From the NCBI GenBank assembly GCA_032718475.1, contig JAUCBJ010008642.1, forward strand, positions 1-49,096: a stretch of 49,096 bases of DNA, given 5' to 3'. A program made the translations under genes and the position numbers. The stretch comes from Nemertoderma westbladi (lineage: Eukaryota > Animalia > Xenacoelomorpha). The notes under the pieces were generated by a model, which worked only from the letters and a program-made list of their open reading frames with translations, ran no database searches and was not told where the DNA came from. Below, piece after piece: positions 1 to 10,466 of the stretch (position 1 is its first letter; every line of letters starts with the position of its first letter).

Positions 1-70
1 TATTCCAGCGCCTGGGGGGGAACTGGCCAGCAAAGGCAAACGTATCAGTTATCCCACAAAAGCTTTTACA
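1..70 (-). mobile_element. 5' end of a BEL/Pao LTR (third family member), truncated by window edge
   Basis: Reverse complement reads TGTAAAAGCTTTTGTGGGATAACTGATACGTTTGCCTTTGCTGGCCAGTTCCCCCCCAGGCGCTGGAATA, clearly homologous to the LTR starts at 7228 and 28242. No PPT lies next to it and the flank is Helitron-unit sequence. Confidence 0.85.
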
Positions 71-1009
71 GCATTATTCTGCAGTTGTTTTGTTATCGGA
101 GAAATTACTGATCAGCAAGCAGGAAATTGTAACAGCAGTTATTGCATCATCGTAATTCGTAACCACTCTGCTGACACTTTGCAGAATAAATTCTACCTGA
201 CCATAGCTGCGTGTTGGGAGGACGCCGACCAGTTTGCGGTTCTTCAGTCTGCCACTAGGAGGCGAAATGTCTGAAAGTGAAAATCTTATCCTATTTTGTT
301 ATTAATAATGATTTTTAGCTGATACTTAGGTCCTTTACACAATATGTTTATAATGTTTTTTGCTGATACCAAGCAGAGTATACTACACCGTAGGGTGTGT
401 ATTTGGGCTTGGGGAGACGATGACTAATCTACAGTTCCCCATTCTGCCGCTATTAGGTGATGAAATGTCTGAATGAGGAAACCTACAATTTTGTTATTTA
501 TGAATGCTTTTTTGCTGATACTTGGCACTTGGCAGAGGACTACTACACCATAGTCGTCATGTTTGGGGAGGACGCTAACCAGTGCATAATTATGCAGTCT
601 GCCACTAGGGGGCGAAATGTATGAAATTAAAACCTTCCATTTTAATACGATAGAGTTGCTGCAGTGACCTACTGCACTATAGATTATGTTTGCGAGGACG
701 CTAACCACTACTCTGCAGTTATACAGTTTTCCACTAGGGGAAAATATCACACACAGTTTAAACCTTTTCACATTTTATTATTTGTAATCCATTGGAGGTG
801 TTACTTGGAAGGTATCTACTACAACATAAAGCCTTATGTTTATTATTGTATGTAGCTGCAACTAAAACGGGATCAGTCTGTTAGTCGTATGTAAAGTTTT
901 GTTAAGTTAATTAATTTATTTATTTATGTTTGATATTGTCCATTGATTGATTGATTGTATAGAAGCTTGTGAACTAGAAAGCCGTGGCCGAAGGCCACGG
1001 GCTTTCTAG
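71..1009 (+). mobile_element. Non-autonomous Helitron-like unit 0 (3' part)
   Basis: Contains diverged 147-bp-type monomers, the shared subterminal AAGTTTTGTTAAGTTAATTAAT block, and a GC hairpin ending in CTAG at 1009. Confidence 0.7.
180..790 (+). repeat. Degenerate ~147-bp monomer array (about 4 units) with CTCF-like cores
   Basis: Cores CCACTAGGAGGCG (~252) and CCACTAGGGGGCG (~602), plus the recurrent CTACTACACCATAG and GAAATGTCTGAA motifs. Confidence 0.75.
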
Positions 1010-1010
1010 T
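973..1010 (+). other. Helitron-type 3' terminal palindrome/hairpin and head-to-tail junction
   Basis: ACTAGAAAGCCGTGGCCGAAGGCCACGGGCTTTCTAG followed directly by TCTATATATATAAAT. Confidence 0.8.
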
Positions 1011-1028
1011 CTATATATATAAATATCC

Positions 1029-1090
1029 TCTGTCTGTCTGTGAGTCTGTGAGTCTATGAGTCTGTGAGTCTATGAGTCTGTGAGTCTGTC
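1029..1090 (+). repeat. TCTG / TGAGTCTG microsatellite near the unit 5' end
   Basis: Directly visible; equivalent TCTG/TTTG tracts at ~5157-5192 and ~26216-26243. Confidence 0.85.
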
Positions 1091-1849
1091 CAAGCTATAC
1101 GCTCCGACACACATGCACCAATCTGAGCAAATGATACATCGATCGAAAGCTCTCGTCCTGAGCACGTAAACTATCGCAATCTTGAGGCTAATTTTACGCG
1201 TTTGCTTGCGTGAATGCGTATTTTGTGTTCGTTCGGGCGAAATGTATCGAATTATTTCGGTTCTTCTATCGGTAATTAATTATTTAGAGGGGTAACATTT
1301 ATCCCATCTGGTATAAAATTAACATGAGTAGATTCGCCGTGTCCCATTCTCACAAAGTATTTATTTTATTCGAGTGTTTAATATAAATATGTATGATTAT
1401 TTATTGATTAAAAATCAAATAGTGTATAAATATGTCATATTCCCCAAGCACGATCGAATTGGCCTATTCTTAGTGCTGTAGTGAATAGGGAAGGATTTTT
1501 TTCTGTATCATAGCAACGTTAAGGTAATTATTGAAATCGCAGCTAGCTGGCTGGGCACAGATAAGGAGCAAGCAGGCTGGAGTGTTGATTGGGGTGGGTT
1601 TGGGTTGTCTGTTGCGAATTGCTCAAGAGTAATTCTGCTTTCTCAATCATTGGCTGCATGGAAGGAGAGGTTTATAACATTTTTGTTTTACTGTTATGAA
1701 TATTAAAAGTAAAATAATTATTTCTGTAGGCCTATACTTACTGTATTATTATTTTATCTAATATTATACATCTAATCTCGATGAAATCTCGCTTACTATA
1801 GCTCGTTAGATAGGTCTCGCCCTAACTCGTTGCAACGTAATACTCAGAG

Positions 1850-3130
1850 CCGTCTGAAGTTCCCCCATCTGCCGCTAGAGGGCGAATTGTCCGATAGTGA
1901 AAACCTGATCTCATTGGGTTGTTTTTAATGCTTTTGAGCTGAAACTTGGTAGCTATATACTGCAGCATAGGCTGTATATTTCCGGAGTCACTGAGTTGTC
2001 CACAGTTCCCCAGTCTACCGTTAGAGGGCTAAATGTCTGAGAGTTAACATCTTCTCCAACTTTGTTATTTATAATCCATTTAGACTGAACTTGGTAGGCA
2101 TCTACTACAGCATAGGCTATATCTTTACTGAGTCGCGCAGAGTTGTCTACATTACCCGCGTCTGCCGCTAGAGGGCGAAATGTATGAAAGTTAACATCTC
2201 CTCCAACTTTGTTATTTACAATCCTTTTAGACTGAAACTTGGTAGGCATCTACTATAGCATAGGCTATATCTTTGCGGAGTAGTAGAGTCGTCTACAGTT
2301 CCACAGTCAGCCGCTAGAGGGCGAATTGTCTGAAAGTTAACATCTTCTCCAACTTTGTTATTTACTAACGGTTTAGACTGAAACTTGGTAGGCATCTACT
2401 ACAGCATAGGCTGTACCTTTACGGAGTTACAGAGTTGTATACAGTCCCCCCATCTGCCGCTAGAGGGCGACATATCTGATAGTGAACACCTCATCCCATT
2501 TGGTTCTTTTTAATCATTTTGAGCTGAAACTTGGTTGGTATCTACTACATCATAGGCTGTATCTTTACGGGGTTGCAGAATCCTATTCACTTCCCCAGTC
2601 TACCGCTAGAGGGTGAAATGTCTGAAAGTTAACATCTTCTCCAACTTTGTTATTTACTAACGGTTTAGACTGAAACTTGGTAGGCATCTACTACAGCATA
2701 GGCTGTACCTTTACGGAGTCACAGAGTTGTATACAGTCCCCCCATCTGCCGCTAGAGGGCGACATATCTGATAGTGAACACCTCATCCCATTTGGTTCTT
2801 TTTAATCCTATTGAGCTGGAACTTGGCAGGAATCTACTACAGCATATTCTGTATCTTTACGGAGTCCCAGAGTCGTCCACAGTTCTTCAGTCTACCGCTA
2901 GAGGGTGAAATGTCTGAATGTGAACATCTACATCAATTTTGTTATTTACAATCTGTTTAAGCTGAAACTTGAAAGGCAGGCATTTTACTTCACCATAAAC
3001 CCCATCTTTACCAAACTGCAGCGCCGTCTGCATTTCACCAGTCCGCAGGTAGAGGGTGGATCTGAAAGTGATCATTTTCTGGAAATTTTGTTATTTACAA
3101 TCTGCCTAAAGTTGAAACTTGACAGTTATC
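1850..3130 (+). repeat. ~146-bp tandem monomer array (about 9 units, variant subfamily)
   Basis: CCGCTAGAGGGCG core recurring at ~1872, 2018, 2165, 2311, 2456, 2603, 2748 and 2895; a ~292-bp dimer is duplicated (~2320-2610 vs ~2612-2900). Confidence 0.85.
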
Positions 3131-3260
3131 TCTTATGGGGGTGGTGTTTTATTTAATGATGGTGTCTGTTCCGTATGCAGTTCTCAAATCTCCCACACAT
3201 ATTCATATATCATCTGCACGTGCACTAGAAAGCTGTGGCCCGAAGGGCCACAGGCTTTCC

Positions 3261-5135
3261 AATACATCGAATGAAAGTTCTCGTCACGAGCACGTGCACT
3301 GTCGCTATCTCGGGTCTTATTTTACGCGTTTGTTTGCGTGAATGCAGATTTCGTGAATTTGGTACCGGTAGCGCAGTAGGCCTAGCAGTTCATTCTGTAG
3401 GAAACTCTATAACAGCGGTTGCACCATCAGACTCAATCTGTTCTAAATGATACTTTGCAGATACGTTCCTGACCATAGACTGTGGGTTTGGGAAGACACT
3501 GATCAATCTGCAGTTCTCCAGTCTGCCACTAGGGGGCGAAATGTCAGAAACTGAAAACCTTCTCCCATTTCGTTATTATTAATGCCTTTTAGCTGATACG
3601 TGGCAGAGGTCTACTACACCATAGGCTGTGTGTTTTCGGACGATGCTGACCAATCTGCAATTCCCCAGTCTGCCGCTAGGGGGAGCAATATCTGAAAGTG
3701 AAAACCTTATCCCATTTCGTTGTTTATAATGCTTTTTTGCTGATACTTGGCAGAAGTCGACTACACCATAGACTGCGTGTTTGTAGAGAACTCTGAATAA
3801 TCTGAAATTCCTCTCTGTCTGCCGGTAGGGGGCGCAATGTCTGAAAGTGAAAACCTTCACCCATTTCGTTGTTTATACTGCTTTTTTGCTGATACTTGGC
3901 AGAGGTCTACTACACCGAGACTGCGTGTTTGGGGAGGAGCTAGAACCAGTCTGCATTTCTCCAGTCTACCGCTAGGGGGCCAAATGTCTGAAAGTGAAAA
4001 CCTTATCCCATTTCGTTATTAATAATGCTTTTAGGCTGACACTTGGCAGATTTGTATTACACCATAGGGTGTGTGTCTAGGTAAGACGCCGAACATACTG
4101 CAGTTCTCCATTTGGCCGCTAGGGGCGAAATGTCTGAACGTGAAAACCTTATCCCATTTTGATGTTTATAATGTTTTTAGGCTGATACTTGTCAGAGGTC
4201 TACTACATCAAAGACTGCGTGTTTGTGGAGAACTAAGACCAATTTGCAATAGCTCTGTCTGCCGCTAGGGGGCGCAATGTCTGAAAGTGAAAACCTTCAT
4301 GCATTTCATTGTTTATAATGCTTTTTTGCTGATACTCGACAGAGGTCTACTACACCATAGACTGTGTGTTTGGGGAGGAGCTAGAACCAGTCTGCATTTA
4401 TCCAGTCTACCGCTAGGGGGCCAAATGTCTGAAAGTGAAAACCTTATCCCATTTCGTTATTAATATGCTTTCAGGCTGACACTTGCCAGATGTGTAGTAC
4501 ACCATAGGGTGTGTGTCTAGGTAAGACGCCGAACAAATTGCAGTTCTCCATTCGGCCGCTAGGGGGCGAAATGTCTGAAAGTGAAAACCTTATCCCGTTT
4601 CGTTGTTTCTAATGCTTTTAGGCTGATAATTGTCAGAGGTCTACTACACCATAGACTGCGTGTTTGTGGAAAACTCTGACCAATCTGCAATTTCTCAGTC
4701 TGCCGCTAGAGGGTGAAATGTCTCATGTGAAATCCCTCTCCCATTTCGTTGTTTCTAATGCTTTTTTGCTTATACTTGGGAAAGGTATGCTTGACCATAG
4801 GCTGTTTGTATGGGGAGGACGCTAACCGGTCTCTGGATTTCCAGTCTACTGCTAGGGTGCGAAATATCTGAATCTGAAAAGTAAAAACATTCTCACATTT
4901 ATTTATTAAAAATGCTTTTACGCTTATAATTGTCAGAGGTCTACTGTACTACATCATGTGAAGGACGTTGACCAGTGTAGATATCTGAAAAAGTAAAACA
5001 GCATCAGTCTTTTGTTTGAGAGAACACTCTCAATCATATGAAGTTTTGTTAAGTTAATTAATTAATTAATGTTTGGAATGGTGAATACGCTTGTGAACTA
5101 GAAAGCCGTGGCCCGAAGGGCCACTGGCTTTCTAG
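3261..5135 (+). mobile_element. Non-autonomous Helitron-like unit 2 (5' ~100 bp missing)
   Basis: Starts at ATACATCGA of the conserved 5' block and ends in hairpin GCCGTGGCCCGAAGGGCCACTGGCTTTCTAG at 5135. Confidence 0.75.
3450..4990 (+). repeat. ~147-bp tandem monomer array (about 10 units)
   Basis: TCTGAAAGTGAAAACC-type motif at 3691, 3840, 3987, 4133 and 4280, i.e. a period of 146-149 bp. Confidence 0.9.
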
Positions 5136-5439
5136 TCTATATATATAAATATCATTTGTCTGTCTGTCTGTTTGTTTGTTTGTTTGTCTGTCCAAGCTAT
5201 ACGTTTCTACACACAAGCACCAATCTGAGCTCGCGATACATCGAACGAAAGCTCTCGCCACGAGCACGTGCACTGTCGCTATTTCGAGTCTTATTTTACG
5301 CGTTTGTTTGCGTGAATGCAGATTTCGTGAATTTGGTACCGGTAGCGCAGTAGGCCTAGCAGTTCATTCTGTCACTCTACATGTTGGGTCTCGACTATTA
5401 TGCTACTTTTTGATACCAGACTTAATCTGTTGTAAATGA

Positions 5440-7227
5440 TACTTTGCAGATCTATTCCCGACCATAGACTGTGTGTTTGGGAGGACACCGATCAATCTGC
5501 AATTCTCCAGTCTGCCGCTAGGGGGCGAAATATCCGAAACTGAAAACATCTCCCATTTCGTTATTATTAAAGCCTTTTAGCTGATACATTGCAGAGGTCT
5601 TCTACACCATAGGCTGTGTGTTTGGGGAGGATGCTGACCAATCTGCAATTCCCCAGTCTGCCGCTAGGGGGAGAAATATCTGAAAGTGAAAACCTTATCC
5701 CATTTCTTTGTTTATAATGCTTTTTTGCTGATACTTGGCAGAGGTCTACTACACCATACAGCGTGTTTGGGGAGGAGCTAGAGTCAGTCTGCATTTCTCC
5801 AGTCTACCGCTAGGGGGCGAAATGTCTGAAAGGGAAAACCTTATCCCATTTCGTTATTAATAATGCTTTTAGGCTGACACTTGGCAGATGTGTATTACAC
5901 CATATGGTGTGTGTCTGTGGAGGACGCCCAACTACCTGCAGTTCTCCATTCGGCCGCTAGGGGGCGAAATATCTGTAAGTGAAAACCTTATCCCCTTTCG
6001 TTGTTTATAATGCTTTTAGGCTGATACTTGGCAGATGTCTACTACACCATAGACTGCGTGTTTGTGGAGAACTCTGACCAATCTGCAATTCCTCTGTCTG
6101 CCACTAGGGGGCCAAATGTCTGAAAGTGAAAACCTTATCCCATTTCGTTATTAATAATGCTTTTGGGCTGACACTTGGCAGATGTGTATTACACCATATG
6201 GTGTGTGTCTGTGGAGGACGCCCAACTACCTGCAGTTCTCCATTCGGCCACTAAGGGGCGAAATATCTGAAAGTGAAAACCTTATCCCATTTCGTTGTTT
6301 ATAATTCTTATAGGCTGGTACTTGGCAGAGGTCTACTACACCATAGGCTGCGTGTTTGAGGAGAACTCTGACCAATCTGCAATTCCTCTGTCTGCCACTA
6401 GGGGGCCAAATGTCTGAAAGGGAAAACCTTATCCCATTTCGTTATTAATTATGCTTTTAGGCTGACAATTGGCAGATGTGTATTACACCATATGGTGTGT
6501 GTCTGTGGAGGACGCCCAACTACCTGCAGTTCTCCATTCGGCCGCTAGGGGGCGAAATATCTGTAAGTGAAAACCTTATCCCATTTCGTTGTTTATAATG
6601 CTTTTAGGCTGATACTTGGCAGATGTCTACTACACCATAGACTGCGTGTTTGTGGAGAACTCTGACCAATCTGCAATTCCTCTGTCTGCCACTAGGGGGC
6701 CAAATGTCTGAAAGTGAAAACCTTATCCCATTTCGTTATTAATAATGCTTTTGGGCTGACACTTGGCAGATGTGTATTACACCATATGGTGTGTGTCTGT
6801 GGAGGACGCCCAACTACCTGCAGTTCTCCATTCGGCCACTAAGGGGCGAAATATCTGAAAGTGAAAACCTTATCCCATTTTGTTGTTTATAATTCTTATA
6901 GGCTGGTACTTGGCAGAGGTCTACTACACCATAGGCTGCGTGTTTGTGGAGAACTCTGACCAATCTGCAATTCCTCTGTCTGCCACTAGGGGGCCAAATG
7001 TCTGAAAGTGAAAACCTTATCCCATTTCGTTATTAATAATGCTTTTAGGCTGACACTTGGCAGATGTGTATTACACCATAGGATGTGTGTCTGAAGAGGA
7101 CGCCGAACAACCTGCAGTTCTCTATTCGGCCGCTAGGGGGCGAAATGTCTGAACGTGAAAACCTTATCCCGTTTCGTTGTTTCTAATGCTTTTTTTTAGG
7201 CTGATACTTGTCAGAGGTCTACTACAC
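5440..7227 (+). repeat. 147-bp monomer array (12 units) with 294/588-bp higher-order structure
   Basis: Cores every 147 bp from ~5515 to ~7130. A and B monomers alternate, and the diagnostic variant GAAAGGGAAAACC recurs 588 bp apart. Confidence 0.9.
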
Positions 7228-8434
7228 TGTAAAAGCTTTTGTGGGATGACTAGCTCGTTTGCCTTGCTAAACAGTTCCCCCCCCCAATCGCTGGAATACT
7301 CTCAAAGGGATCTGGCTTGAATGGCAAGCTGCCTGTTGGTTGGCTAGATTGCTCTTCCCTGGATGAAAGCTCTTAATAAGCCTACCGGACATATCTGCCA
7401 ATAAGATTGGAGCTAGTTCTGATTTTGTCCAATACCACGCTACTGAACTGAAAATCCCATCTGTATGCTCTTTCTCTGTGTTGAACGGGAGCCTGTTCCA
7501 CGTAGTTAAAGTTCTTAGTATTTCATCATTCAGTAGTCACGAGTTTACCTCTAAGCCAGAAAGAACGGCATTAGAATTGTTTTCCCTAATTTTTATACGA
7601 AATATTAGTGGGCATAGATTATAGAAAGTATAACTGTTATCGATTCACATATCATTACGATCTTATGTCACATATCACAACAACTTAACAATTCACGGCC
7701 TACAATTCGGTTCATATCTTTTATATCATATCTTAACCTACCGTCTTACTGCTTTTATTGTTTGTAATTATTTGTATCAGTTGGTTTGATGTTATTATTT
7801 GGAAAATATCAACGAACATCCCAAATTTCCCAATTTTCTTGATGCACTACAGCTTAGAGAGACAGTTTACTTATAACGATTGCGACTTTATTATTGTGGT
7901 TTGTATTGAATCTAATGTTATTTGATAGCCACTACAGGAGTCAATTGCTGATCTCTTTATGTGTGATCAAAGTCAGTAACTGTCGGCAAACCAGTGAGCA
8001 GTATTGTGCGGTACCGGTAGTGCGTGTGATCGTGATTGTGATTGATAACTAAGCATTCCTAAAGAATGTGCCTCATACTTGAATTCTAAGCCATATAGTT
8101 GTGTGTAGTATAAGTCACAGCTCTGTTTACATAGATAGAGCGCCACGTCCTAAAGGAACTGCTAATATTTCCCGAAAGTGAATAATATTTGTCAGAGATT
8201 ATATATTACTGATCAATCGAATAATATACGTAGGCTTCACTGCAATAAATCTAAGCCATCCAAATCCAGTCTCCCGGGCGTAGCCATCGGGTGAATGAAC
8301 GCGCACAGGCTGGCTTCGGCTAATATTGTGTTTGTTTTATATTAAATCTTGTCATTCGTATAAAAATTAATTTATCAACAAAAACATATAAATTTTGGCA
8401 GGTTAAACTGCTGAAGGTCTAAAAAGCGCGTACA
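7228..8434 (+). repeat. 5' LTR of element 1 (1207 bp)
   Basis: TGTAAAAGC...AAAAAGCGCGTACA. The end is defined by homology to the TSD-bounded end of element 2. By eye it differs from the 3' LTR by 4 substitutions and 1 C-run indel. Confidence 0.9.
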
Positions 8435-8446
8435 ATAACAGTTATA
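8435..8446 (+). promoter_or_regulatory. Non-tRNA primer-binding site candidate (ATAACAGTTATA)
   Basis: Abuts the LTR terminal CA, lacks TGG, and is the exact reverse complement of TATAACTGTTAT at 7629-7640 inside the LTR. Confidence 0.6.
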
Positions 8447-8734
8447 GATCTTATTGCAGTAAGCAATAAGGTTGCCAAGTACCGGTCGACCGGTAAACCT
8501 GAACCGATACTTCGGTAGGTCGGTAGGCCTAACTGTCGGAACCGGTACTGCTGTACAAGTACATTTAGTATTATTCGATTTGATTGTTGTATACCGGTAG
8601 GTCTCGATATTAAATCGGGGACGCCTGGTTTTTATTGGGATTTTACTTAGGTCTATTTCTGTCAGTTTTATTTACTAGTAAGTTAATATTGAGTTGAAGA
8701 CGTGTAAGTCTGCTCAGATTGTTCAGATCATTAT

Positions 8735-9300
8735 AGGCTGGACTGTTGTCTGACTGTTGTTAGGCTTGAAGATTACAGCGTGTGTAGAGTAGGTCTGATA
8801 AAGTGCCAGTTAGTAAGTTGGGGCAGCTCGTAGCAATAAGGTCAACCCCCTCTTAAAGAGTAAGTCGCACTACCGTATTAGCGCGCATACTAACTAATAA
8901 TTTCAGAATCTGCATATACTGTAGTTTATTTAGGCTTGATAGTAGTCCGTCAGTGTTTATCCTGTATTGTTTTGAATAGTCTGTTCAGGTACCGTAATAT
9001 TATTCGGATATTTTGTAGGCTGGATTGTTGTCCGTCTGTTGTTGGGTCTGAAGGAATTGCTGCGTGTGTAGAGTAAGTCTGATAAAGTGCCAGTTAGTAA
9101 GTTGGGGCAGCTCGTAGCAATAAGGTCAACCCCCTCTTAAAGAGTAAGTCGCACTACCGTATTAGCGCGCATACTAACTAATAATTTCAGAATCTGCACA
9201 TACTGTAGTTTGTTTAGGCTTGATAGTAGTCTGCTAGCATTCTGGTTTGTATTTTATTTGGGTATTCTGTACGGGTAGCGTAATATTTATTATTCAGAGT
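8735..9300 (+). repeat. Two-copy ~284-bp tandem repeat in the 5' leader
   Basis: CTGATAAAGTGCCAGTTAGTAAGTTGGGGCAGC... at 8795 and 9079. Confidence 0.85.
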
Positions 9301-10466
9301 TTATGCGATTACTCGCAACATTCATGTCCCTAAGTTATTCCTACAGTAATTGTGTTTGTTATACATACCGTTATAGTTAAATTAACCCCGGTACTACACG
9401 GGCTGCTTGGCGTAGGTAAAGACTGGTGACATTGTGCTCTGGTCACTCCAGCAGATGCTGTGGTTCTTTTAACTGTTCAAGTATATTTAACTACTGGTTA
9501 TCTGTTTTACAAGTACTTGTACCTAATTTAGGGTTTAGTGTACAGTGCTTTCCGAGAGTAATTGGTGTAGGCATTATATTTGTGTTGTAAAGTGGTTGGT
9601 AGGCACATTCGTTAGCTCTATTAGCTTCTAGGTAGGAACACTCCGTGATACATAACGTAGTACCTATAGCGATACGGCTGTAGGTCGTCAAGCGGTGGTA
9701 TTTTCCTATCTGGACAACGCAGTATGGTACTTCTGCTTATTATTTTCAAATACTGTAGTATCCTGTCCGTGGTAATAATCAGCAGTTCTAACCCTTTGTT
9801 AGACTAGTTCGTAGTTTCCCTGTTAAATTACCCTAAAATTTTGTACGTATTGTTTTTTCTTGTGTTTAATAGAGATTGTAATCTCATCCTTATAGTAAGT
9901 AATTAGTAGATAAGTAACATAGGCCAGTAGAATTATTCCTTTTAGTGTCAATAATTAACACTTCACTGAAAGCGCACCGCTTCTGTGTAGTGATTATTTC
10001 CTAGAAATAGTAACATCTATTTCAGCATCGTAACAAAAACCCCTTATCATCAGGGTATATATATATAAATATTATAAATCAACTTAAAAGATTTATAAAT
10101 TAGTAGGCCTGTCATACAACAAATAGGTCTTAATATCAGTTGGGCTATTGCTAAAATAACGGTAATAGAGTAAACTCAAGTAACTAAGTAACATTATAAT
10201 TTCAGAAATTCAATTATCCTAAATAATTGATATACCGGTATCTGTAATAGACTTATTATATAGTTGTATATATTTGCACTGAAATTATATACCGGTATTC
10301 TGTGACAAACCTAGTCTGCAATACTTATTGTTATATACTATAAGTGTATACCGGTATCCTAATATATTGTAATTAATTACCGGTACTAGGCCAACAGTTC
10401 TACTGAGTTACTAGATTTGTTTTAACTGTAACTATAGCAGTAGGCATTCAACTGTATAACTAAAAT

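Larger units (their letters stand above)
1010..3259 (+). mobile_element. Non-autonomous Helitron-like unit 1 (diverged variant)
   Basis: 5' TCTATATATATAAAT, TCTG/TGAGTCTG microsatellite, conserved CCAAGCTATACG...CAATCTGAGC block, internal tandem array, and 3' hairpin at 3224-3259 (terminal CTAG lost at the junction). Confidence 0.7.

Noticed and set aside
5108-5439. Repeated MARRATGF... ORFs (also 3235, 26167)
   Set aside because: They start at GTG within the terminal hairpin and run across the unit junction and microsatellite; incidental frames.
3450-7227. CRISPR-like or coding interpretation of the 147-bp repeats and their short ORFs (e.g. 424-771, 3579-3860, 3837-4022, 5567-5794)
   Set aside because: The whole monomer is repeated, stops and frames vary between copies, and no protein motif is recognizable.
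8435-8460. Canonical tRNA primer-binding site
   Set aside because: No TGG-initiated complement of a tRNA CCA end next to either 5' LTR. An internal tRNA-fragment primer cannot be excluded without a search.
7228-8707. Longer (~1480-bp) LTR definition suggested by the extended 5'/3' identity
   Set aside because: Element 2 ends at GCGAACA + TSD, and element 1's final terminus repeats GCGTACA, so the true LTR end is 8434; the extension is a local duplication.
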